Assembly: GCA_047975765.1 (NCBI GenBank) | Contig: JBKEEF010000012.1 | Coordinates: 210,995-274,994, forward strand | Direction of reading: 5' to 3' | Length of the DNA stretch: 64,000 nt | Origin: Alphaproteobacteria bacterium | Lineage (GTDB): Bacteria > Pseudomonadota > Alphaproteobacteria > RF32 > CAG-239 | Shown here: positions 8,690 through 18,260 of the stretch, in pieces | How positions within the stretch are numbered: the first letter of the stretch is position 1 | How the letters are laid out: every line of letters starts with the position of its first letter | Notes under the pieces: model-generated | What the model saw: the letters and a program-made list of their open reading frames with translations, nothing else | Database searches by the model: none | Told to the model about the DNA's origin: nothing | Position numbers and translations under genes: made by a program

Positions 8690-11689
8690 TTATTTTGACT
8701 GGTGAATAACGCTACCATTACTGTCATAAACAGTAACAACAGTGTATCCATCAGAATCTATTGATTTGGTATAATTGGTATGACCAGCTTGGTTCCAGTC
8801 TGCTTCTTTAAGACTAAGTCCTAAAAGAGAAGCATTGATTTGCCAACTCCAGTTAAACCTTTCACCTGCGTTATCAGTATATCTCCACCAACCTGTTGAA
8901 GGGATGGAAACCGTTGCAGGTGCCCATGACCAGCTTGAACCATTTCTGCTACACAATACAGATTGAAACGTTTTGCTTGCGTCAGGATTAGCTACTGTTT
9001 TGTAGTAAGATCCATCAACAATCATATCAATTTGTTTTTCCCAAGCAATAACGATAGCTCTGTGAAGTTGGTTGTCCAATGAAGGTGTATAAGTTTCATA
9101 GAAATACTTAAACTCACCTTTATCTGGATTAACTTGTTGCTTCACTTCAACATCGACAGTTACGGTAGTTTCGCGATTAATGGTTTTTCCATCAATCGTT
9201 GCTGTTGCAGTCACTTTATAAGTCGTACGTTTGTAAACGTTTGACCCTTCTTCAACTGTTGTAACATTACCAACTTGTTCGATATTGCTATAAGCCGATG
9301 CTAATGCCGGAGTACTGTATGTATAGTTTTTACCTCTAACACTCACCGTTCCTGTTGTATAAAACCCAGGGAAAGTAAGCGTAGAAGTCGTTCCATCTCC
9401 AAATTGTAAAACAACATTCAAATCAACTTTGTTTGTTGTTTTTGTTCCTACTACAGATGTAGATTTAGAAACACTTGAAGATGAATAGTTCAAACTTGCT
9501 GAAGTTTTTTTGAAAGATTTTGCCGCTGCAGCATCAAATCCAAATTGGAAAAGATCTGTTGCGATTGAATCTTTGGAAGTTGTGTTTCCGTCATAAAGTG
9601 TAGAAATACTAAAGTTAATCCAGCTCTTCACGTCAGACGTTTGAACTGTATAATCCTTAGAAACTTCTGTAACTGTTACAACTGCTGCATCAGGTTCAGC
9701 AACAAAATATTTATTATATCTTGTTTCCAATGTTCTTACTTCACTTCCGTAAGTTGCTTTAAATACCAAAGTTTCAGTATATAAAGTTCCTTTTTTACTG
9801 TTGTGTGTGTAAGAAGCACCTGAATTAACTGTTGCGGTTACTTCCACTTTACTCCAAGACCCTACCGCCATCGCTAGCTTATTGCTTCCTGCCATATAAG
9901 ACACATATTCTTCTACTGTTGAGACTTTACGAACAACGCCCGTAGAACCACTCCAAGTAAAAGCCCATGTCTTTGGCTGAGTTTCAATAAAATAGCTACC
10001 CTCAGTACGGTTTGTTTTGGTGCCGTCAGTTTCTTTCAAACTAGGTTTTCCTATATTCTCTTTTGAAGGAAGAACAATGATATTTCCATCAGCATCAACA
10101 CTTGCTGTAACAGCATAGTCTTTGCTCAATTTCGAATCTAAAGTTTTTGTATCATCACTAAAGATTTTATACAAATCTCCGTAAGTGTTATAAAAACTAT
10201 TGTCAACTTTCTTATAAGCAGAATTGAAAATTTCCCAGCCAGTTTGTTGAGCAGTTTCGTCTGCTTCAACAAAAAACTTATTTTCACCAGTGAAGGTTCT
10301 TGTTTCATTGTAGTAAACTGCTTCAAACACAACAGTTTGTGTATAAAGCTTACCACTTTTTCCATTGTAAGTGTAATCCACACCATTATTCATTGTTGCA
10401 CTCTTTAGAGTGACGGTCCAATTTGAAGAAAGCATCTTAACTTTTTTGCTTCCGTCAATGATGTAAGGATACTCCTCAATGGTTGAAACAGTTCTCGTTA
10501 CAGAACCAGTACCATAACTCCAAGTAGCCACCCAAGATATTGGTTGTTTTTCAATGTAAAACTCTCCAATTGTCTTGTTTGTCTTAGTTCCAGCAGTTTT
10601 CTTAAATGTTGATGTTCCAACACTTGTGATACTTGCTTTTCCTAAGTTGATGATGCTTGGGTCAGAATCAAACAAAGCGGCAATATTGATATCAAGCGAA
10701 AATGATTTTTCCAAAACTTGCGTTCCGTTATCATAATTCTTATACTTATCATTCGAAGAAGTATAATACTCGTTATCTTTTTTCACCAATTTGTCATTTT
10801 CATAGGTAGATTCTTTTTCTTCCGGTTCTTTTCCATCAGCAGGAACAATCAAAACAACAGTCACTTTTAGAGGTTCTGTCAAGGCATCAGCTTTATTATA
10901 AAAAATACCGCTTGATACTTCAACTTCTTCTCCAGCAACCATTGCTCTAGTTTTCATTGTACTTCCCCAGTCATAACGACTTCCAGCAAAAAACTTTGCT
11001 TGACGAACGTCATTGAAGTAGAAAGAATAAAATGCTTTTTGTTCCTCACTATTAATTGTTTTCAACGAATCAAGAGTATATTTAGCATACTCAAAACTTT
11101 TGAATTCAATATAAGGAATTTCAGCAACTCTGTTGTTCTTACCATCCAAGAAACTTTCGAATCTTTGGTTGATAACTTCTGCAGAGATGACAACATCTGT
11201 TTCTGATGCTGTTTTCACACCTATTGAAAAAGCTCTTTTCATTTCGTAAACGAAACTAGAATCGCCTTTGATCACTTGTAATCTAGGTGTTCCTTCTGAA
11301 ACTTCACCAATGGCAAAAGTTGAAAGCTCAAGAACCTTTGAAGGAACTTTCACGCCATCTCCACTAACGGTCAAAGTATGAACGTTTTTGTATGGAGAAA
11401 GATATGTTTTTGTTTCTTCAACATCACCTGTTTTCTTTTCAACTTTTTCATACTGCGAAGCAACAAAGCCTTCAGTATAAAAAGCCGTAACCGAACCGTT
11501 AAATTTTACATAAGAACTATCTACAGTACCATCTGCAAGCAGTTTATATGTATAGTCCGTTGGTGTTGGTGTCGGTGTCGGTTCAACTTCCCATTCAGCA
11601 AGGGAGTTTTCTGAACTGCAAGAGCTCAGAAATAATACCACGATCAATAAATTCGCAACTGCGAAAATTGTGTTTTTTAACTTTTTCAT
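8690..11689 (-). CDS. Large (~1000 aa) beta-rich surface lipoprotein with internal duplication
   Basis: Lipobox FLSSC, EPTPTPTPT linker, Thr/Ser/Val/Tyr-rich; ATG at 11689 preferred over the TTG at 11695. Confidence 0.85.
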   Translation of the reverse strand: MKKLKNTIFAVANLLIVVLFLSSCSSENSLAEWEVEPTPTPTPTDYTYKLLADGTVDSSYVKFNGSVTAFYTEGFVASQYEKVEKKTGDVEETKTYLSPYKNVHTLTVSGDGVKVPSKVLELSTFAIGEVSEGTPRLQVIKGDSSFVYEMKRAFSIGVKTASETDVVISAEVINQRFESFLDGKNNRVAEIPYIEFKSFEYAKYTLDSLKTINSEEQKAFYSFYFNDVRQAKFFAGSRYDWGSTMKTRAMVAGEEVEVSSGIFYNKADALTEPLKVTVVLIVPADGKEPEEKESTYENDKLVKKDNEYYTSSNDKYKNYDNGTQVLEKSFSLDINIAALFDSDPSIINLGKASITSVGTSTFKKTAGTKTNKTIGEFYIEKQPISWVATWSYGTGSVTRTVSTIEEYPYIIDGSKKVKMLSSNWTVTLKSATMNNGVDYTYNGKSGKLYTQTVVFEAVYYNETRTFTGENKFFVEADETAQQTGWEIFNSAYKKVDNSFYNTYGDLYKIFSDDTKTLDSKLSKDYAVTASVDADGNIIVLPSKENIGKPSLKETDGTKTNRTEGSYFIETQPKTWAFTWSGSTGVVRKVSTVEEYVSYMAGSNKLAMAVGSWSKVEVTATVNSGASYTHNSKKGTLYTETLVFKATYGSEVRTLETRYNKYFVAEPDAAVVTVTEVSKDYTVQTSDVKSWINFSISTLYDGNTTSKDSIATDLFQFGFDAAAAKSFKKTSASLNYSSSSVSKSTSVVGTKTTNKVDLNVVLQFGDGTTSTLTFPGFYTTGTVSVRGKNYTYSTPALASAYSNIEQVGNVTTVEEGSNVYKRTTYKVTATATIDGKTINRETTVTVDVEVKQQVNPDKGEFKYFYETYTPSLDNQLHRAIVIAWEKQIDMIVDGSYYKTVANPDASKTFQSVLCSRNGSSWSWAPATVSIPSTGWWRYTDNAGERFNWSWQINASLLGLSLKEADWNQAGHTNYTKSIDSDGYTVVTVYDSNGSVIHQSK

Positions 11690-12140
11690 AATCAATTTTT
11701 TTAGAAGTTGTTTTATATTATTGTTTTGTCTTATGAATTTTTTTCGCTTGGAGGCGACATTTATATTGATTCAGTAAAATGTGTTTAGACGTAATAAAAA
11801 AATAAGAGAAGAGAAACATAATAAAGTGACAATAGAGAAGCAAGCCACATTAATGTATTTCTGATATCTAAATAAACACACATACCTAATTATAACTATA
11901 TTAATAAATAAAATAATTTTTTACTCTCTTAATATACCATAAAATTCAAAAAAGTCTAATATTAACTTTAGTATTAGACAAAATATTTCCAATTTCACAT
12001 TTTTGTAACAATAAATCTCATTTTTATATTATTTGTTATATATATTAATGGATTAAACCTTATCTGTTTTTTTAGCAGACACCTATGAAAAGTTAGAAAT
12101 ATTCTCAACGAATAGACAAAAGAATAGAATCTTTATATAA

Positions 12141-12171
12141 AAAAATGCTCCATTTTTAAAATGGAGCATTT
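12141..12171 (-). terminator. Terminator after 12187-12681
   Basis: aaatgctccatttt/aaaatggagcattt hairpin. Confidence 0.75.
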
Positions 12172-12186
12172 CGGATATTAGATTCC

Positions 12187-12681
12187 TTACTTGAGTTCTT
12201 TCACATCAGGCTTGGTGTTTTTCGCCCAGTAGAACAAATCTTCTCCTGGTGTGTACCAAACACGATATTTATTGGCTTGCAACGGATTCGCATAAAAAAT
12301 GAGCCATTTTGTTTGACCAGAAACTTTGACCGTTACCAACATTGAAGACGCATTACCATCAGGACCTCGCACTGAACCAAGAACAACAACGCCATCGGGT
12401 AAAGAAAATTCTTTTTTATTCACCTTGCCGGAAAAAACAATTTTTTTCCCTTGCAAACTGACTTTGTCGAATTGCTTGTCAGGAGCATAGTATGTTGCCT
12501 TTTTCGAAAAATCGGCGACAGAGATTCCTCTTTCTTTTGGCAGTTGCGGTTTTTGAACTTCTTGAGTAACAGGTTTTTTGTCAACAACCGGAGCAGGAGC
12601 TTCTTCTTTTGAACCACAAGAACTAACTGTGAATGCAAGTGCTATCGCAATTGACATTCCAAAAACTAAAATCTTTTTCAT
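12187..12681 (-). CDS. Lipoprotein of unknown function
   Basis: MKK signal, lipobox TVSSC followed by GSKEE. Confidence 0.85.
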   Translation of the reverse strand: MKKILVFGMSIAIALAFTVSSCGSKEEAPAPVVDKKPVTQEVQKPQLPKERGISVADFSKKATYYAPDKQFDKVSLQGKKIVFSGKVNKKEFSLPDGVVVLGSVRGPDGNASSMLVTVKVSGQTKWLIFYANPLQANKYRVWYTPGEDLFYWAKNTKPDVKELK

Positions 12682-12798
12682 AATTAAAAAATTTTAAGTA
12701 AAACAATAAGTAAACACAATTATAAATTCGTGAAGTAATTATGTTTGCCAAATGTTTTTTTGTCTACTACCCTACGGTTGCAAAGTTCCTTTAAACAG

Positions 12799-12833
12799 AA
12801 AAAACCCTTAATCAAAATGATTAAGGGTTTTTT
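12799..12833 (-). terminator. Terminator after 12851-13345
   Basis: aaaacccttaatca/tgattaagggtttt hairpin. Confidence 0.8.
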
Positions 12834-12850
12834 GCATCACTTTAAGAACA

Positions 12851-13345
12851 CTACTTTTTCGGTTCAGGTTTTGGTGCAGGCGGCACAGGAGTTTTCTCCG
12901 GAGCCTTCACCTTGATAACGGCAGTCTTGTTTTTAAGCACTGCTTTGGCACCGGTAGGCGAAACATCTTTGATCTCAGCACCTTTGTCTTTGAATTTCAC
13001 AACGTAAATGGTCGCTTTTTTGTCGGTGACTTTTTCCTCGGGAGTATCGAGCGAAACACCAACTTCTTTGACCTTTCCGGTAAAATAAATTTCGGACTTG
13101 CTGGCAGTTGCAGAATCAATGGCATCGTCAATGGTCACAACATAATCTTTCGATTTTTTGGCTTTGACATCGGCAAAATTGACAGTTTCAACAACAACAG
13201 TGTCAGAAGGCAAAACTTTGTCCGTAAGTTTCTGAACAACCGGAGGAGCCTCAGCCTTGAAATACCGTTGATAACCGATAAATCCAAACAATAGTGCTAA
13301 AATTCCAGCAAAAAATGCGACGACAATAAGATTTTCTTTTCTCAT
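12851..13345 (-). CDS. N-terminally membrane-anchored hypothetical protein
   Basis: One N-terminal TM helix, Lys/Val-rich beta region, Pro-rich C-terminus. Confidence 0.8.
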   Translation of the reverse strand: MRKENLIVVAFFAGILALLFGFIGYQRYFKAEAPPVVQKLTDKVLPSDTVVVETVNFADVKAKKSKDYVVTIDDAIDSATASKSEIYFTGKVKEVGVSLDTPEEKVTDKKATIYVVKFKDKGAEIKDVSPTGAKAVLKNKTAVIKVKAPEKTPVPPAPKPEPKK

Positions 13346-13522
13346 GACAATAAAATTTTAAGTGAAACAATAAATAATAAAAAAATAAACAGTTCAATCT
13401 TTGTACAATATTTTTATTTTTTTGTCTATCATTTTTTTAATTTTGAGAGATTTTTTAACTTTATTTTTATTTTTCAAATAGATAAATCAACCCGAGGTTG
13501 TTTGAAGTTTTCGAAAATATAT

Positions 13523-13550
13523 AAAAAAGCGGAGCATTAGCTCCGCTTTT
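13523..13550 (-). terminator. Terminator after fba
   Basis: aaaagcggagc/gctccgctttt hairpin. Confidence 0.8.
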
Positions 13551-13571
13551 AATTTCTAAAACGAATCCGAC

Positions 13572-14621
13572 TTAAAGTTCGCCAGCTGCGTAACGTTTTG
13601 CCATATCTGCCAAACCAATTACTTTCATTTTTGAAGCTTGACCAGCTGCACCAAAATCAATGTAACGTGCTTCACATTCTTTTTGAACAGCATCCATCGC
13701 AGGTTTCAAATATTTTCGAGGGTCAAATTCTTTTGGATTTTCAGCAAAAACTTGGCGAATCGCACCTGTTAAAGCTAAGCGAAGATCTGTATCAACGTTA
13801 ACTTTTCTTACACCAGACTTAATACCGCGTACGATTTCAGCAACTGGAACACCATAAGTTTCAGGAATTGCACCACCAAAAGAGTTAATCATATCAATCA
13901 ATTCTTTAGGAACAGATGATGAACCGTGCATTACAAGGTGAGTATTAGGTAATTTTGCGTGAATTTTTTCAATCACATCAATTGCCAAAATGTCACCGGT
14001 TGGAGGACGTGTAAATTTGTATGCACCATGAGATGTTCCCACAGCAACAGCCAATGCGTCAACACCAGTTTCAGCTACAAATCTAACAGCTTCATCAGGG
14101 TCTGTTACCAATTTTTTCTTGTCAATTTTACCTTCTGCGCCATGACCATCTTCTTTATCACCCATACCAGTTTCAAGAGAACCAATCACACCAAGTTCGC
14201 CTTCAACAGAAGCACCAACTGCATGAGCTCTTTTCACAACTTCTTTAGTTACATTTGCATTATATTCGAAAGAAGCAGGTGTTTTTCCATCAGCTTGTAA
14301 AGAACCATCCATCATTACAGAAGAATAACCGTTTACGATTGCTGATTGACAAACATCAACAGAAGCACCGTGGTCTTGGTGAAGACAGATTGGAAGTTCA
14401 GGATACATTTCAAGAGCAGCTTGAAACATATGACGAATCATTGGGTCTCCAGAGAATTTGCGTGCACCTGTCGATGTTTGCAAAATAACTGGAGCATTAA
14501 CTTTTCTTGCTGCATTCAAAACAGCAAGCATTTGTTCCATGTCGTTAAAGTTAAACGCAGGAACGCCATAATTGTTTTCTGCAGCATGGTCAAGAATTTG
14601 ACGCATAGATACTATAGGCAT
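13572..14621 (-). CDS. fba: Class II fructose-bisphosphate aldolase
   Basis: LHQDHG, MMDGS, VEGELG, AVGTSHGAYKF, VMHGSS, KVNVDTD; SD aggag. Confidence 0.98.
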   Translation of the reverse strand: MPIVSMRQILDHAAENNYGVPAFNFNDMEQMLAVLNAARKVNAPVILQTSTGARKFSGDPMIRHMFQAALEMYPELPICLHQDHGASVDVCQSAIVNGYSSVMMDGSLQADGKTPASFEYNANVTKEVVKRAHAVGASVEGELGVIGSLETGMGDKEDGHGAEGKIDKKKLVTDPDEAVRFVAETGVDALAVAVGTSHGAYKFTRPPTGDILAIDVIEKIHAKLPNTHLVMHGSSSVPKELIDMINSFGGAIPETYGVPVAEIVRGIKSGVRKVNVDTDLRLALTGAIRQVFAENPKEFDPRKYLKPAMDAVQKECEARYIDFGAAGQASKMKVIGLADMAKRYAAGEL

Positions 14622-14696
14622 TTTTTTCTCCTAATTTAGTTTTATTTTTCTTCGATAAAATATAGTCGCTTATGAATTTTAAGCAAGTTTTTTATT

Positions 14697-14957
14697 CTAC
14701 TTCTTATATCTTTTTATCATTATCATAATAATCACAGAGCTTAAGAAACTGATTGCATTGAAAATTATCATTTGATAAGAATTGAGATAAGTCCCATAGA
14801 CGAGCCAACACAAAGCACCTAATGCCCAAACAAAAAAAGTATAAAAAGAAAGCCCTTCAACATTTTTTGTTTTATATGTTTGATAAAGCTGAGGCATTGA
14901 AGCCAGCATTACCAAAACACCAGCAAGAACACCAACCATTTCATAAAATATATTCAT
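14697..14957 (-). CDS. SemiSWEET (PQ-loop/MtN3) sugar transporter
   Basis: 86 aa, 3 TM helices, PQ motif, conserved W (LCWLVYG) and N (FNAI). Confidence 0.9.
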   Translation of the reverse strand: MNIFYEMVGVLAGVLVMLASMPQLYQTYKTKNVEGLSFYTFFVWALGALCWLVYGTYLNSYQMIIFNAISFLSSVIIMIMIKRYKK

Positions 14958-15065
14958 TGTTTTTTCCTAAATTTAGACAAATTTTTATTGTGTCTTCTCA
15001 AATCTATGGTAGAATAGGTTCATTATCAAGACCTTTTTTTATACAACCTTAGTAGAGAGAAAAAG

Positions 15066-16454
15066 ATGTCTGGCAAAAGTTTGAAAGATAAAATCAAAAG
15101 CATCAAAATTGCAAAAATAAACAAATACAAAGCTTTGTTTATTGCTAGTGCGATTGGCGTTATTCCTTCGCTTTTTCGTGAGAATAAAAAAATTTCTTTT
15201 CAACTTCCAAGCCCTATAACTGCTGAGATTGTTGTTATTGGAAATGATACTATTTCTGCTGCAGAATTTTATAAAAACATCACATATAATGTTCCATGTG
15301 ATGAATGGTTTTATAGAAAAGAAAACAAAAGATATCCTCTCAACATCCTTTTCAACTATGGACTCCTTAATGAAGTCAGAGCTAACAAACTTGAAAAAAG
15401 TGAGTTGACACATCATCACCAGATTTCCTCTATTACCTATAAAGAAAAGATTGTAGATGTTAGTCTCACAGAATCTAATCCAGCATCAATCTCTTATAAC
15501 ATTAGTGAGTTAGAGAAAAATAATTCATACGAAACTTTTCTATTGAAAAGAAATCAACCTAAAGAAAAAACTCAAGTCCAAATGCAAGAGCAAGAAACGA
15601 CACCTTCTCCTCTTCTTAAAAAACCGATTAGAGTCTTTTATAACAAAACTCAAAAGAAGGAAGGACTCGGAGCTATGGCTTTTTATATGGAACACAACAA
15701 TTCCATTACAATGACTCGTCTTGAAGCGGATGAAAGTATTCCTGAAGAAGAAAGAAAAGCACTTCAAAAAACTTTTGATGAAAGATATAATCGTGAAGAT
15801 CTAATGTATAATTATGACCATGAATATCATCACTATCTCAATGCTCAAAAAGGAATTAATAAATATGGAATGTCACCTGAGCAAATGTATTTGAGAAAAT
15901 GCCATGATGAGCTTTCTGCAAACTTAAAACAATTTTGGAAACAAAGAGAAGCATATTTAAAAAGCGGAAATGATCCAAAAAAACTAATTACAAAGACAAC
16001 TTTTTATGATGACCTCGTTAAATCTGGAAAGATATCTCCCGTTTATGGAGGAAAAATCTCTGAAAAAGAAATGAAATATATTGCAGAAGGTATGCAAAAA
16101 GTTTGGATTGAATATTCTTTGCCTTTTTATAGAAAAGCTCATGTGAGATATGTGGAAAACAGAATCAAAACAAATCCGGCTTATAAAACACCAGAAGGTA
16201 CAAAAGAATATTACAGAATTTTGAATGAAATTTATAAATATAATGTCAATGGGCAAGAATTGAACCTTTACCCGTACATCAAAGAATTTAGTATTCCTTA
16301 TGATGATATGAAGGAAATTAATAAAATGAAAACTGATAGAGGTTTCATTGAAAATGATGCTATTTCTTATGTGAGAGATACAAAGGATAAAAAATCCTTA
16401 AATGAATATATTGCATTACAGAAGGTAAAATATGCAAAAAAAGAGAGAAGATAA
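15066..16454 (+). CDS. Orphan protein with HEXXH zinc-metallopeptidase-like motif
   Basis: HEYHH at 15819-15833, downstream DELSA; N-terminal hydrophobic patch; basic C-terminus. Confidence 0.7.
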   Translation: MSGKSLKDKIKSIKIAKINKYKALFIASAIGVIPSLFRENKKISFQLPSPITAEIVVIGNDTISAAEFYKNITYNVPCDEWFYRKENKRYPLNILFNYGLLNEVRANKLEKSELTHHHQISSITYKEKIVDVSLTESNPASISYNISELEKNNSYETFLLKRNQPKEKTQVQMQEQETTPSPLLKKPIRVFYNKTQKKEGLGAMAFYMEHNNSITMTRLEADESIPEEERKALQKTFDERYNREDLMYNYDHEYHHYLNAQKGINKYGMSPEQMYLRKCHDELSANLKQFWKQREAYLKSGNDPKKLITKTTFYDDLVKSGKISPVYGGKISEKEMKYIAEGMQKVWIEYSLPFYRKAHVRYVENRIKTNPAYKTPEGTKEYYRILNEIYKYNVNGQELNLYPYIKEFSIPYDDMKEINKMKTDRGFIENDAISYVRDTKDKKSLNEYIALQKVKYAKKERR

Positions 16455-18260
16455 CTAGAAATGATATCCTAAGCCCAGATTTATCTCTTTGTCATCAGAA
16501 GTTTTTGTGGCTGCATATTTATTATATTCTAAATTCACCCCCCAATTTTGAGTTAGGTCATAGCTGAGTGTTGTTGAGAATTTTTCATTGTATCCACGAT
16601 TGTTTCTTTTTGAATTATAGAATTTATCATAAGATGTAATGAGTTTTACATCTTCCCAAGGTGTGAAGATTATTCCTACTTCAGGGGAGGCATAAAAATT
16701 ATTGACGTCATCATAACGATAACCAACCTTTGGTAAAAAATATGGTTTGAGTTTATAATTAAAAAAGCTATATGCAACACCCCACCCGCCTTCTAAAACG
16801 GGTTTCAACCTGAAACCTTTCTCTCCTAACGCATTTTCAAATGAAACCTTGGCATATTTCGAAAAAATATCATTTGAAACAGAAGCATCAACAATTGAAC
16901 GCATTTTGATAATGTCAAATTCATTTAAATAAAACTTGTGGTCATAGATGAAATCTAGGCTCAAAATCTTTGTTTCATAATCATCAAAATATGCAGGAGA
17001 AACATCTGAAATCTCTTGATAAACAGGTGTATATTTCAATCGAAACCCATCTTTATCAAAATGTCTATATCCCATATAAATCTTTGAAGAAGCTTTTGTT
17101 TTCAAGGCATCCCTTTTTTCCTCAACAAGTTCAATTTCATCATTTTTGCCACGATAAAGTTTGATATAATCTTCTTCTGATATTTTTTCTTTACTATATT
17201 CATAATTCAAAATGACATCAGTTAAATATTGTTGTTTTTCTGAAAGTTTTTCTTCTTTTCCTTCTGAAATATATTTTCTTGCTTGATAAAAATCTAGCAA
17301 ACTATAATTATTTCGTATCATCTTGAGTTCATACTCAGGACTTGGTACAAAGACAACATCATCAACTTTATCTTTCTCTTTCAGATATAAAATATAGTCT
17401 ATTGGTGTTTTGAAAGGTTTTGAGGTGGAAAAATCCAAGTCTTCATAAGGAACTTTGAGTAGATTATCTAAAGCTGTTCCACAATTGTGAAAAACAAAGG
17501 AATAGCCTACCAATTTTTCTTTTAACTCCCAGATATGCTTATGCATAAATTGTTTTTGGTCATCTGTCATCTTTAAATTAACTTCCCAAAGAGACCGCTG
17601 TTCCTCGTAGAGATACCCCCTCTTTTTGTTGACATAAGGCGAAAGAATGTACATTCCGTCAACAGAGGAGAAAAGAACATCATAATAAAATTCAGGAGAA
17701 GTTGTGTCGACATCAACTGCAAAATAGCTGAAAGCATGTTCCCTCAACTGCTTGCTAGAAGTTTCACCAGAAAACTTCAAAAAGAGATGTCCCATAATTG
17801 AAGTTGGAACCATATTATTTTCGGAAGCAAAAACAATGGAAACAGTATCCATTGGAACTTTTTGTTGAAATTCTTTATAGCCAAAGCAGTGCTGTTTGGG
17901 AAACGCTTTAGGAGAAATGTTTGTTTTCTTGACTAGAAAATCAAATCTTGCTGGAAACATACAAACTGCATGTTCATCATCATATCTGTCTTTAAAGAAA
18001 AAAGCCTCAATTGTTGCTTTCATCTCAGCTTTGGGATTTTTATATCCTGAAGTTCGATCAAGAAAAAACGGGCTGTGAGAGTCAATAACACTTGTTTTTC
18101 CTTCATAGTGTAACAAATCTAACCAAGCCCGCTCTTTGTATAGTTCTTTTTCATCAGCAATTCTAATCATTTTTTGTGCGGCTGTTTCCTTTGCAAACAC
18201 TGTACAAGGAAGCAACATCGCTAAAAAAACAATTGCTGATAATAAAAACCTATTCGTCAT
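16455..18260 (-). CDS. DUF4105 (Lnb N-terminal-like) domain protein with C-terminal beta-barrel
   Basis: Signal peptide from ATG 18260; WLDLLHY, VCMFPARF, MGHLFLK, YSFVFHNCGT; ends LGYHF (OMP signature). Confidence 0.8.
   Translation of the reverse strand: MTNRFLLSAIVFLAMLLPCTVFAKETAAQKMIRIADEKELYKERAWLDLLHYEGKTSVIDSHSPFFLDRTSGYKNPKAEMKATIEAFFFKDRYDDEHAVCMFPARFDFLVKKTNISPKAFPKQHCFGYKEFQQKVPMDTVSIVFASENNMVPTSIMGHLFLKFSGETSSKQLREHAFSYFAVDVDTTSPEFYYDVLFSSVDGMYILSPYVNKKRGYLYEEQRSLWEVNLKMTDDQKQFMHKHIWELKEKLVGYSFVFHNCGTALDNLLKVPYEDLDFSTSKPFKTPIDYILYLKEKDKVDDVVFVPSPEYELKMIRNNYSLLDFYQARKYISEGKEEKLSEKQQYLTDVILNYEYSKEKISEEDYIKLYRGKNDEIELVEEKRDALKTKASSKIYMGYRHFDKDGFRLKYTPVYQEISDVSPAYFDDYETKILSLDFIYDHKFYLNEFDIIKMRSIVDASVSNDIFSKYAKVSFENALGEKGFRLKPVLEGGWGVAYSFFNYKLKPYFLPKVGYRYDDVNNFYASPEVGIIFTPWEDVKLITSYDKFYNSKRNNRGYNEKFSTTLSYDLTQNWGVNLEYNKYAATKTSDDKEINLGLGYHF

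Noticed and set aside
11696-12186. Possible 37-aa hydrophobic ORF and gtctaata/tattagac inverted repeat in the long AT-rich spacer
   Set aside because: No SD or recognisable motif; hydrophobic ORFs and 8-bp inverted repeats arise readily at this AT content.
2584-13550. Integron-like cassette array (repeated gene-plus-hairpin units)
   Set aside because: The hairpins are ordinary terminators with unrelated sequences; no attC R/L boxes and no intI gene.
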